40,401 bases of DNA from a virus (Duplodnaviria; Caudoviricetes). Location: the IMG/VR virus record IMGVR_UViG_3300043113_000314, positions 1 to 40,401 of that record; one strand, given 5' to 3'. The position numbers and the translations under genes are program-made. Numbering within the stretch: the stretch's first letter is position 1; each line of letters opens with the position of its first letter. Shown here piece after piece: positions 15,577 through 24,151 of the stretch. The notes below the pieces were generated by a model. That model ran no database searches. It was not told the DNA's origin and worked only from the letters and a program-made list of their open reading frames with translations.

Positions 15577-16959
15577 ATGGCGCTCACCAAGGCACAGCGG
15601 GAAGCACTCCCGGACTCGGCTTTCGCCGTTCCGGGCAAGCGCTCGTTTCCGCTGGTCGACGAGCGCCACGTCATGATGGCGCGCGCGCAGATCCACAAGG
15701 CAACGGGCCTCACTGATGCAGAGCGCGCCGACGGCCGAACCGCAATTCAGGTGCGCGCGTCAGAACTCGGCATCGATACCGCCGGGTGGGATACCATTCG
15801 CTCCCTCAAGCTCGAAGCGATGGCACTCACCCTGCCCGATGTCGTCGATCACCCCAACCGTATGCCGTTCAGTGGCGTGCTGGTCCATCTCGACCAGCCC
15901 AGCGACGCGGCACCGCACGGCTCCAAAGGTAAACTCGTCGTCATGTCGGCAAGTGCCGCAGAGGCAGCGCTCCCCAGCCTGATCGGCATGGCCGTCGACT
16001 TTACCCCCGATTTCGATGGGCACGACGCCCAGCGGAAGATTGGCGTCATCACCGGCGCTACCATCGAAGGCAGCGATCTGCGGATCGAAGGCTTTCTCTA
16101 CGCAAGCGATTTCCCCACGGAAGCCGCCACGATCAAGGCCGACAAGAGCAACCTGGGATTCAGTTTCGAGGCCCAACAAATTCACGTCGAGAGCCTTGAT
16201 ACGGACCCCTTGGTCATCACCGCCTGCGTGTTCACCGGCGCTGCCATTCTCAAGAAGAAAAAGGCCGCCTTCATAACCACATCCCTCGCCGCATCGGCGA
16301 ATGCCGGAGAAATCGACATGACCAAGGAAGAACTCGAAGCGATCCTCGCCGCTGCGCTCAAGCCGGTGACGGACAAGATCGCAACCATTGAAGCGAGCCA
16401 GACCGAGATGGCTGGCAAGATCGAAGCGGGCAAGGATTTGCACGCCAAGGTTGCCCCACACGCCGACAAATTGCGCGCCTGCGCCACGGGTATGCAGGCG
16501 GCTGGTGTTGGCCTCCATGCCACGCGCGGCCACGTTGCGCTGCTCAATCGCATGGCCGACGGCATGGAAGCCGAAGCGATGGGCGGTTCGATGCCGCACA
16601 TTTTCCGCGACCACGACTATGCCGGCGGTTCGTATATGGCCTCGTCCGACGAAAAGACCGTCGAGAAACCAGCCGCCGACCCTGCCATCGCCGCGCTCAA
16701 AGACGAGGTCGCAAACCTCGGTACGAAGCTGACCGATGCCATCGCCGCCGGTCGCGCCGATGCCCCGGCCCCGGAACGCAAGACGCTCGCACCCGCCATC
16801 ACGTCGCTGCTCGCCAAGGCGGGAATCGACGCGCCCGACGGGGCTGAAAAGATGTCGGTCCAGAAGCTCGACCAGATCCTCGCAGCCTCCAGCCTCGGCG
16901 TCTCCGAACGCATCCGGGTGAAGCAAGAGCTTTATCGCGCCGGTTCGATCGACGCCTGA
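15577..16959 (+). CDS. Prohead protease/scaffold with N-terminal DUF6582-like domain
   Basis: REALPDSAFAVPGKRSFPL...; protease-like GHD...KIG, LGFSFE, FTGAAIL; coiled-coil C-terminus; precedes the capsid gene. Confidence 0.8.
   Translation: MALTKAQREALPDSAFAVPGKRSFPLVDERHVMMARAQIHKATGLTDAERADGRTAIQVRASELGIDTAGWDTIRSLKLEAMALTLPDVVDHPNRMPFSGVLVHLDQPSDAAPHGSKGKLVVMSASAAEAALPSLIGMAVDFTPDFDGHDAQRKIGVITGATIEGSDLRIEGFLYASDFPTEAATIKADKSNLGFSFEAQQIHVESLDTDPLVITACVFTGAAILKKKKAAFITTSLAASANAGEIDMTKEELEAILAAALKPVTDKIATIEASQTEMAGKIEAGKDLHAKVAPHADKLRACATGMQAAGVGLHATRGHVALLNRMADGMEAEAMGGSMPHIFRDHDYAGGSYMASSDEKTVEKPAADPAIAALKDEVANLGTKLTDAIAAGRADAPAPERKTLAPAITSLLAKAGIDAPDGAEKMSVQKLDQILAASSLGVSERIRVKQELYRAGSIDA
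16318..16959 (+). CDS. Nested in-frame scaffolding protein
   Basis: GGAGA at 16306-16310 before ATG 16318 (MTKEELEAILAAALKP); resembles lambda C/Nu3 and Mu I/Z. Confidence 0.6.
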   Translation: MTKEELEAILAAALKPVTDKIATIEASQTEMAGKIEAGKDLHAKVAPHADKLRACATGMQAAGVGLHATRGHVALLNRMADGMEAEAMGGSMPHIFRDHDYAGGSYMASSDEKTVEKPAADPAIAALKDEVANLGTKLTDAIAAGRADAPAPERKTLAPAITSLLAKAGIDAPDGAEKMSVQKLDQILAASSLGVSERIRVKQELYRAGSIDA

Positions 16960-16990
16960 CCCCGACACGCCTCTAAAGGAGCGACAAGCA

Positions 16991-18022
16991 ATGGAAAAAT
17001 ATACCTCGCCCGATGGCCGCGTGACGGCCTCGTTCAGCGGCTCTATGAGCGCCGCTGCTGATTATCTTGGCAACGGCGCGATTGAAGTCAATCGCTACGA
17101 AACCGAGATCTCCGACATCGTTCGCCGTGAATCGGTTTTCCTCAATCGCGTGCCCGAAATGCCCGCGACGGGTCATCCTCATCGGTTCTTCGACCAGACC
17201 GCCATCGCAACCGGATCGTTCAGCGATCCCCGCACGCTGACCGTCAGCGCTACCGGCCCGACGCGCACCGAGCGCTCGGTCTACATCAAGGCGGTCACGG
17301 CACAAACCAACTTCGGCCTGTTCGACGTCGATGTGACCCGCATGCAGGGACAGTTCGGCTATGTCGAAGCGAAGGACATCGAGGATATCACCTCGGGTAT
17401 CGTGATCGCGGAAGCGTCGTCGGTTTGGGCCGGGACCGCAACCGCGATCACGGACAGCTCGACCGCATCGTTCTGTGGCTTGCTGACCCAGATCAGCAAC
17501 CAGGCGACGATTGCGCTCGGCGCGTCGATCATCGACGGGCTCAAGGCCAAAGTCGCGGCCATGTTCGCCAATCCGACGCAGGCACCGCGTCCGACCGCGA
17601 TCTACCTCAACCCGATCCTCGCCGACCTGATCGACCGCGAGGCGAAGGCCGCGCACATCGATCTGCGCACGGTCGAGGTCGCGGCAGGCGTCACCGTCAC
17701 CTGCATCAACACGCAGGCGGGCGTTATCCCGCTGATTCCGGAGCCGTTCATCCCGGCAACGACCGATACCAGCTATGGCTTCGCGTCGCCGGGTTTGGGC
17801 AATTCGAACTATTTCGCGGTCATCGTGACCGAGAAGATGATCGAGCGTCCCGTCGTGCATGGCGGCGACGGCAACCTGAAGCCGCGCATCTTCCAACTCG
17901 GCCTGCTCTCTGGCCTCCAGGGCCAGTATGTCGGTGTTCACTTCTCGGCGATCGTCGCGAAGCGTCCCGACGCGGCCCACGCGGTGGTCGCCATCGTCCG
18001 TCCGACCGTCTCGGCGGGCTGA
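16991..18022 (+). CDS. Major capsid protein
   Basis: AAGGAG RBS, strong codon bias, 343 aa, follows the protease, PTAIYLNP; hairpin downstream. Confidence 0.85.
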   Translation: MEKYTSPDGRVTASFSGSMSAAADYLGNGAIEVNRYETEISDIVRRESVFLNRVPEMPATGHPHRFFDQTAIATGSFSDPRTLTVSATGPTRTERSVYIKAVTAQTNFGLFDVDVTRMQGQFGYVEAKDIEDITSGIVIAEASSVWAGTATAITDSSTASFCGLLTQISNQATIALGASIIDGLKAKVAAMFANPTQAPRPTAIYLNPILADLIDREAKAAHIDLRTVEVAAGVTVTCINTQAGVIPLIPEPFIPATTDTSYGFASPGLGNSNYFAVIVTEKMIERPVVHGGDGNLKPRIFQLGLLSGLQGQYVGVHFSAIVAKRPDAAHAVVAIVRPTVSAG

Positions 18023-18028
18023 TCCTTT

Positions 18029-18050
18029 GGGGCGACCTTCGGGTCGCCCC
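18029..18050 (+). other. Perfect 9-bp hairpin with cUUCGg loop after the capsid gene
   Basis: GGGGCGACC-TTCG-GGTCGCCCC; no U-tract, so more likely a stabiliser than a terminator. Confidence 0.75.
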
Positions 18051-18072
18051 GCCCTCTTTCAGGAGCAAGCCA

Positions 18073-18315
18073 ATGCGTGTCTTCCATCCGACCCGCAAGG
18101 CTCACTCGCTGTTCGTCGCGCCCGCCGCCGATCCGCGCGCGCAGTCGGGCGGCATCGATGCCGATTGGCTGGAAAATGATGGTGCGCCAAAGTCCATCAC
18201 CGTCAATTTCGATGCCGAGGGCAAGGCCTATGTCCCGGACGCGCTTGGCCGCTACCTGATCGCCACCGGGCAGGCGACGGGCTTGTGGCTGCCCCGCTTC
18301 CTGCTCGCCGCCTGA
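18073..18315 (+). CDS. Hypothetical virion-module protein (80 aa)
   Basis: AGGAG RBS; TGATG coupling to the next gene. Confidence 0.75.
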   Translation: MRVFHPTRKAHSLFVAPAADPRAQSGGIDADWLENDGAPKSITVNFDAEGKAYVPDALGRYLIATGQATGLWLPRFLLAA

Positions 18316-19232
18316 TGCCCTCCGCCTATCTCATTCCCAGCGAATACGAGCGCTACGGCGTGCCCGATGCGACTGTGTCCGACGTGGAAAACGCCAGCAC
18401 GCTGGTGGATGGCTATCTCCAGCGCCCCGAAGGCCTGACATGGCATGCCGACGCGTCGGGCCTGCCCGTCTATATGGCGGGTATGAGCGCAACGTATGCG
18501 CTCGCCTTACCCTCCGCGATCAGCGCCGGGGCCAACGTCACGATCAGCTTTCCGGCGGCATCCGCTGGCATGGCGGACCTGCTTGGCGAAGTGTTCGTCA
18601 TCGACCGGACTGACCCGGCAAAATGCGAGGCGGTGACCGTCTCCGCCGTCGACCGCGAACACGGCACCCTTACCTTTTTCCGGGTCGCTCGTCCGCACGC
18701 GCAGGGCGCGACGATGGAAGCCGGGTTGCAGATTGTGGAAGAGCGGGAGCTACCGGCCAAGCGCTCGATCACGCGGGTATCACGCTCGCCGATCGTCAGG
18801 CTTTTGTCCGGGTTGGGCCGCTACAGCTACGGCAGGCGCTCCGATCAGGTCTCAGGCTTGATGAACGATGCCAGTCTGCTCGCCGCAGTTCAAACCTTCG
18901 GCGGCCCGCCTGCGTGGATCCCGTTCGATCCGGCCACCGCCTCGATCAGCGCCGCCACTGGAGAAATCTGGGTGCCGGCGGGCCAACTGATCGCCTATTA
19001 CTCCGAGGTGCGCTTGCGCTACGTCGCGGGTTTTCCGGTGAACGGCGTTCCGGAAGGCGTGAAACAGGCGACCGCGTCCCTGATCCGCATCAACAACAAT
19101 TTCGACGACATTCCCGGCAGCTTCCGGACGTTCACCGCTGGCGGCACGAAAATCGAGCGTTTCAGCGACAGCGTGCTCGACGCTGATACCAAGGCGCGGC
19201 TCGAGCCTTACAAGCTAAAGCTGTTTTTCTGA
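18315..19232 (+). CDS. Head-tail adaptor
   Basis: ASTLVDGYLQR...VRLRYVAGF...VPEGVKQATA...LEPYK connector pattern. Confidence 0.75.
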   Translation: MPSAYLIPSEYERYGVPDATVSDVENASTLVDGYLQRPEGLTWHADASGLPVYMAGMSATYALALPSAISAGANVTISFPAASAGMADLLGEVFVIDRTDPAKCEAVTVSAVDREHGTLTFFRVARPHAQGATMEAGLQIVEERELPAKRSITRVSRSPIVRLLSGLGRYSYGRRSDQVSGLMNDASLLAAVQTFGGPPAWIPFDPATASISAATGEIWVPAGQLIAYYSEVRLRYVAGFPVNGVPEGVKQATASLIRINNNFDDIPGSFRTFTAGGTKIERFSDSVLDADTKARLEPYKLKLFF

Positions 19233-19579
19233 TGAGCTTCATCTATCCCCGAAAGGTCGCGTTTCGACGGCCCGGCGCGCAGCACGGTATCGGTGCGGTC
19301 GGTTATGGCGGCCATACCCCGGATGCCGAAGACGAGATTGTCTGCGGCATCCCGGCCAGCATTCAAGCGCGTCGCGAGGGTACGAACAACCCAGTCAGGC
19401 TCCCTGGCGATGCCAAGACGCCGACATGGTACGTGTTCATACCCAAGCGCGCGCTTGCACTCGGGGCGGTTGAAAATCGCGATGTCATGATCGACGACCT
19501 CGGGCACCGTTATCAGGTCATTCAGCCCTATTGGGACAGCCTCGGTTACCGCCTTACCGTCATAACGCTGGACACCTGA
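19232..19579 (+). CDS. Head closure protein
   Basis: Position and size; DDLGHRYQV. Confidence 0.65.
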   Translation: MSFIYPRKVAFRRPGAQHGIGAVGYGGHTPDAEDEIVCGIPASIQARREGTNNPVRLPGDAKTPTWYVFIPKRALALGAVENRDVMIDDLGHRYQVIQPYWDSLGYRLTVITLDT

Positions 19580-19580
19580 A

Positions 19581-20183
19581 ATGGCCGACATGACGGAGGC
19601 CGCCGACGCGGTGGTGCAGGCTATTGCAAGTCTCGCGTACCCCAACGGCACGGCGCAGGCTTCAATCGAAAACTGCCCGATCATGGTCTATCAGGGCTGG
19701 CCCGACCCGAACTCGCTGTCCGATGATGCGCGCGCGGGGAAGGTCCACGTCTCGGTGTTCCCGCGACCCGGTGGCAAGGTCACGACCGTCATGCTGGGCG
19801 ATACCGAGTGGGCGGAGATCGACAATAACGGCACCGCTGGCACGGGCGTGCTGGAGGTAAGGCGACAGGCCCGGACCTTGCAGATTACGATCTGGGCCGG
19901 GACGCCGAAGCTACGCGATCTGGTCGCCAAGCGGCTCGACGCCGGACTTGCCCGGATCACGCGATTGGACCTCGACGACGGTTCGCAAGCGGTCCTGACC
20001 TCGATCGACGAAATTCAGATCGATGCGCAACAGAAGTCCGGCGTCTACCGCCGCGACCTGCTTTATTCGATCAATTACGCCACGACTTACAGCGAGCCGC
20101 AGACGACGGTGGCACACCCAGTGCTGACGCTCACTGCTGGCCCGACGCTGACCGCGACCGGTCCCACGATCACCCGCCCTTAA
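19581..20183 (+). CDS. Tail completion/terminator protein
   Basis: Precedes the sheath; QITIWA...RD motif. Confidence 0.6.
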   Translation: MADMTEAADAVVQAIASLAYPNGTAQASIENCPIMVYQGWPDPNSLSDDARAGKVHVSVFPRPGGKVTTVMLGDTEWAEIDNNGTAGTGVLEVRRQARTLQITIWAGTPKLRDLVAKRLDAGLARITRLDLDDGSQAVLTSIDEIQIDAQQKSGVYRRDLLYSINYATTYSEPQTTVAHPVLTLTAGPTLTATGPTITRP

Positions 20184-20195
20184 AAGGAACGTCTC

Positions 20196-20363
20196 ATGCT
20201 CCGCGTCATCCAGGCGTTCGGCGACCGTGTCGTCGGCGACAGCATTACTGAACCCTCCACCATCGCTGAGATCCTCGAATCCGAACAGGCTGCCTTCGTG
20301 GTCACCGTCGATGATCCTGCCCCGCCTGCAAAGCCCAAGCCCGACACCGCCAGCGCCTCGTAA
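20196..20363 (+). CDS. Small pre-sheath protein (55 aa)
   Basis: Missing from the ORF track. AAGGA RBS; MLRVIQAFGDRVVGDSITEP...; fills the gap before the sheath. Confidence 0.75.
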   Translation: MLRVIQAFGDRVVGDSITEPSTIAEILESEQAAFVVTVDDPAPPAKPKPDTASAS

Positions 20364-20375
20364 AGGAGCCCCGCA

Positions 20376-21908
20376 ATGCCCGTTTTCCAGCAAGGCGCGA
20401 TCAATACCAGCGCGCTCTACGTCCCTGACGTTTACACCCAGATCGTTCCGCCGTCCGAGAATTTCATCAACGGGCAGCCGACCAACATCCTCGGCATCGT
20501 CGGGACGGCGCAATGGGGTCCCGTCAACGCGCCGACGATCGTCGGTAGCCTGGCCGACTTCGTCCAGAAATTCGGCAACGTGCAGGCCCGGAAATACGAT
20601 CTGGGCACCGCCGTTTGGGCCGCAGTTCTCAACGGCGCGAACAATATGCGGTGCGTTCGCGTGACCGACGGCACCGACGCCGCAGCGACCGCCGCGATCG
20701 GTACGACCGGCGTGACGATCACCGCGAAATATACCGGCACGCTCGGCAACGCGATTCAGGTCACGCTCGCACCGGGCAGCCAGGCGAATAGCTGGAAAGC
20801 GACCGTCACGCTTCCCGGACTTGTGCCCGAGGTGTTCGACAACATCGCGGCTGGCCTCACCGGCAATGCGGTTTGGGTTGCGATCGCCGCTGCGATCAAC
20901 GCCGGGTCGTCGGGCCTGCGCGGCCCGTCGCAGCTTGTTGTTGCCACCGCCGGTGCCAGCACCACTGCCCCGACTGCGGCAACGACCCCGCTCGCCGGTG
21001 GCACAGACGGTGCGGCCACGATCACCAGCACGGTTCTGATCGGCCAGGACACGACCCCGCGCAAGGGCATGTACGCGCTGCGCTCGACCGGCGCGTCGGT
21101 CGCGATGCTCGCCGATGCCGATGACAGCACGACGTGGACCACGCAGGTCGCGTTCGGCTTGTCCGAAGGTGTCTATATGGTCTCGACGGGCCCGTCGGGC
21201 GAGACGATCGCCGGTGCCGTCACCGCCAAATCCACTGCCGCGATCGACAGCTACACCATTAAGCCGATGCTCGGGGATTGGTGCTATTTTCAGGACACGG
21301 TCAACAATCAGGTCCGCCTGATTTCGCCGCAGGGCTTCGTTGCGGGTCGCCTGTCTGCGCTTTCGCCGGAACAGTCGAGCCTCAACAAACCGCTCTACGG
21401 CATTCTGGGCACGCAAAAGAGCTACCAGAACGCGACGTACAGCACCGCCGATCTCCAAACGCTGGCGCAAGCCGGGATCGATGTCATCGCAAATCCGATC
21501 CCCGCAGGCGCTCAGTTTGGCGTCCGGCTGGGCTGCAACGCGTCGTCAAACGCGGTCATCAACGGCGACAATTACCCGCGCCTTACCAACTATCTCGCCT
21601 ACACGCTCAACGCGGGAATGGGCATCTACATCGGTCGCCTGCAAAGCCCCGCCGCGCGCAACCAAGCGATGGCGACGCTCAACGCTTTTCTCGGTAACCT
21701 TTGGCAGCAGGGCATGATCGGCGACGTCTCCGATCCGACCAAACCGCCGTTCTCGGTACAGATGAACAATGCCAACAACCCGCAGTCGCGCGTTGCTCTG
21801 GGCTATCTCCAGGCCGACGTTCGGGTGACCTATCTTTCGGTCATCACCAAGCTGCTGTTGAACGTAGAAGGCGGTCAATCGGTCCGCGTCACCGCGTCGC
21901 TGGTCTGA
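20376..21908 (+). CDS. Contractile tail sheath
   Basis: VPDVYTQIV, GIVGTAQWGPVN, LAGGTDG, AFLGNLWQQGMI, NNPQSRVALG. Confidence 0.92.
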   Translation: MPVFQQGAINTSALYVPDVYTQIVPPSENFINGQPTNILGIVGTAQWGPVNAPTIVGSLADFVQKFGNVQARKYDLGTAVWAAVLNGANNMRCVRVTDGTDAAATAAIGTTGVTITAKYTGTLGNAIQVTLAPGSQANSWKATVTLPGLVPEVFDNIAAGLTGNAVWVAIAAAINAGSSGLRGPSQLVVATAGASTTAPTAATTPLAGGTDGAATITSTVLIGQDTTPRKGMYALRSTGASVAMLADADDSTTWTTQVAFGLSEGVYMVSTGPSGETIAGAVTAKSTAAIDSYTIKPMLGDWCYFQDTVNNQVRLISPQGFVAGRLSALSPEQSSLNKPLYGILGTQKSYQNATYSTADLQTLAQAGIDVIANPIPAGAQFGVRLGCNASSNAVINGDNYPRLTNYLAYTLNAGMGIYIGRLQSPAARNQAMATLNAFLGNLWQQGMIGDVSDPTKPPFSVQMNNANNPQSRVALGYLQADVRVTYLSVITKLLLNVEGGQSVRVTASLV

Positions 21909-21949
21909 CGCCGCGCCGCGCCCTTCCCTAGTTTCAGGAGTCCCACGTC

Positions 21950-22384
21950 ATGCCCCAGAACGGCTATTCGATCGGCCGCGACGTCACCATCGCAGTCATC
22001 CTCCCCGACGGCACCCCGCTGCGCCTTGGTAAGGTGACCGGCTTCATGGCGAAGCAGGACACGACCGACCAGCGCATCAAGCCGCTCGACGGCACGACCG
22101 ACAATCTGCGTTTCTATGATGGCTGGTCCGGCAACTTCAAGCTGGAGCGCCGCGGGCCCGAACTCGACAACTATTTCGAGCAGCTTGAGCGCAACTATTA
22201 CGCCGGTGCCGATGAGCCGCAGGCGACGATGCAGCAGACCATCGTTGAACCCGGCGGCGGCGTGTCGCAGTTCCGTTACGAGCGGGTGCTGCTCAAATTC
22301 GACGATCCAGGGGAATGGAGCGCCGACAAGTCCGTCAACCAGGCCGTCAGCTTCATGGCTGGCCGCCGCATCAAGCAGGCGTGA
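21950..22384 (+). CDS. Tail tube protein
   Basis: Directly after the sheath, 144 aa, GWSGNFKLER. Confidence 0.8.
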   Translation: MPQNGYSIGRDVTIAVILPDGTPLRLGKVTGFMAKQDTTDQRIKPLDGTTDNLRFYDGWSGNFKLERRGPELDNYFEQLERNYYAGADEPQATMQQTIVEPGGGVSQFRYERVLLKFDDPGEWSADKSVNQAVSFMAGRRIKQA

Positions 22385-22386
22385 TC

Positions 22387-22770
22387 ATGACCACCGAAGA
22401 AATGCAGAATGCGCCGAGCCCGAGCGCGCAGATCGTGCGCGCGGCCGCCAAGAGTGTCGATGTCACCGACGCGCTTGGGCGGGTAATCTCTCTGCGCAAG
22501 CCATCGCCGCTTGCCAATCTGGACTTTGCCAAGGCGGCGGGCAGCGGCAACGGCGGCGAAGCCAATCAAGTCTATCTGGCTGAGGTGTATCATCTCAAAT
22601 TCGTCGCTGCGATCGATGGCAATCCCGTCGTTACGCCAGGCTCGGAAGGTGAGCTTCGTGCGCTGTATGCGCAGCTCGGCGATGAAGGCAACGAGGCTGC
22701 GCAGCGTGGGGTCTATGAAAACTTCATGGTCGATGGCCCCGCCAAGGACGGCACCGTAAAAAACTCCTGA
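22387..22770 (+). CDS. Tail assembly chaperone (G); -1 frameshift form GT extends to 22937
   Basis: Follows the tube; ends GTA AAA AAC TCC TGA; the -1 frame stays open to TAG at 22935-22937. Confidence 0.8.
   Translation: MTTEEMQNAPSPSAQIVRAAAKSVDVTDALGRVISLRKPSPLANLDFAKAAGSGNGGEANQVYLAEVYHLKFVAAIDGNPVVTPGSEGELRALYAQLGDEGNEAAQRGVYENFMVDGPAKDGTVKNS
22758..22764 (+). other. -1 ribosomal frameshift heptamer A AAA AAC
   Basis: X XXY YYZ pattern in the correct phase, one codon before the stop. Confidence 0.8.
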
Positions 22771-22933
22771 GGGATGCCGATTTGAGCGAGTGCCTGTGGC
22801 TCGTTCACAACGGTGTCCCTTTTGACGTCGCGTTTCAGGTCGAACCCGATATCCGCATGGCTATGGCAATCCGGTTTTCGATTTTCCACGGCGGCAAGTT
22901 CAACTTTGAGACGATGCGATTTGAGGAAGAGGC

Positions 22934-23362
22934 TTAGGGCTTCGCTTTGTCGAGTTCGCCCGCAATGGCATCGGCGAAGGCTTCCGAAATCACCGTCCCT
23001 TCTGCTCCAAACTTCTGCCCGGAGCTGGTGCGGACGATTACACACGGGTTTCGACAATACGCCTTTCCCACTACGCTCGAATCGTCGCTGATCAGCGCGA
23101 GGGTATATTCCCCGCCGTTGTTTTGACCAAGATATTTGACCCCAACCACGTCGGCAGCAGCTTTCCCTGCCGCCTTGTCGTTATCTGACACGCCTGTGAT
23201 GTAATAATAGACACCGTTTTGCAGTTCGGAATAGTTGTGGGTTGATTTGGCGGGCGTTGCTTCAGCGGCGGCAACACCATTACTTGCCGCAGAATTGTCT
23301 GAAGTGCTCGGTTCACACGCTCCCAAAGCTATGAAGAGTACGCAGATCAACAATCGCCGCAT
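22934..23362 (-). CDS. Antisense moron lipoprotein (142 aa)
   Basis: MRRLLICVLFIALGAC lipobox; visibly lower GC; opposite to the late operon. Confidence 0.8.
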   Translation of the reverse strand: MRRLLICVLFIALGACEPSTSDNSAASNGVAAAEATPAKSTHNYSELQNGVYYYITGVSDNDKAAGKAAADVVGVKYLGQNNGGEYTLALISDDSSVVGKAYCRNPCVIVRTSSGQKFGAEGTVISEAFADAIAGELDKAKP

Positions 23363-23441
23363 TTCGAATCCCCCACCTGCGGATCGGAAGCTACTCGGCC
23401 TTGGCTGAAAGTCCACCCTCGCCAATCGAAGGACCGATGAG

Positions 23442-23930
23442 ATGGACCTTTCTCTGCTGGAAGCCGCCCTGCACTTCGCCAGCCGCGAGGTCGCAATCCA
23501 CAAAGCGGGGACCGCAGCGCTCGAGCGCGTCGCAAAGCGCATTGAGGCCACCGCAAAAAGCGAGTTCGGGGTATATCAGCCCGGTGTTGGCCCATTCGGC
23601 GCATGGCCGGAACTGGCAGAGTCGACGAAAGAAGAACGCGAGCGGCTTGGCTTCACGCCGGACGATCCGCTTCTGCGGACCGGCGGTTTGAGGGATGGCA
23701 TATCGCACCGTGTAGCCGATCTGGAGGCGGAAATCGGTTCGGATGACGACGTGATGGTTTATCAGGAATTCGGCACCGAACACATTCCGCCGCGACCGGT
23801 GCTAGGCCCCGCAGCCGAACGCAATCACGACGTAATCCTGGCCGAGCTGGGCGGCGCGGTGCTGGCTGGCATCATCGGCGGTGACTTGGTGCATCCAAGC
23901 CTTGGTTACGACCGCGTCGTGGAACGTTAG
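23442..23930 (+). CDS. HK97 gp10-like/virion morphogenesis protein
   Basis: WPELAEST, PLLRTGGLRDGI, YQEFGTEHIPPRPVLGPA. Confidence 0.8.
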   Translation: MDLSLLEAALHFASREVAIHKAGTAALERVAKRIEATAKSEFGVYQPGVGPFGAWPELAESTKEERERLGFTPDDPLLRTGGLRDGISHRVADLEAEIGSDDDVMVYQEFGTEHIPPRPVLGPAAERNHDVILAELGGAVLAGIIGGDLVHPSLGYDRVVER

Positions 23931-24151
23931 CCGAACCAGGTAGAGACGATCACGCCAAGCACGAACAAGCCGACGAGCAACCCGGCCAGACCGACGAAGC
24001 ACAGAAACATCGACACCATCGCCAGCAGGACGGCGTCCCATCCGGTGACGCCCTTGGGCTCTGCGCGGACCGTCCGCCGATAAAGGCTGGGGCGGTCAAA
24101 CGCTGGGCTCTGATCCGCCAACCACAACTGCAATCTACGGGAGGTTTTCAT
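23927..24151 (-). CDS. Small antisense membrane protein (start uncertain)
   Basis: Long hydrophobic C-terminus; fills the gap before the tape measure gene. Confidence 0.55.
   Translation of the reverse strand: MKTSRRLQLWLADQSPAFDRPSLYRRTVRAEPKGVTGWDAVLLAMVSMFLCFVGLAGLLVGLFVLGVIVSTWFG

Noticed and set aside
17425-18315. Open -1 frame across the capsid 3' half, suggesting a frameshifted capsid extension
   Set aside because: No slippery heptamer before the capsid stop, and the downstream ORF has its own AGGAG RBS and ATG at 18073
19911-21470. 519-aa minus-strand ORF (also 15760-16968 and 31064-32458)
   Set aside because: Antisense shadows of the sheath, protease and fibre genes
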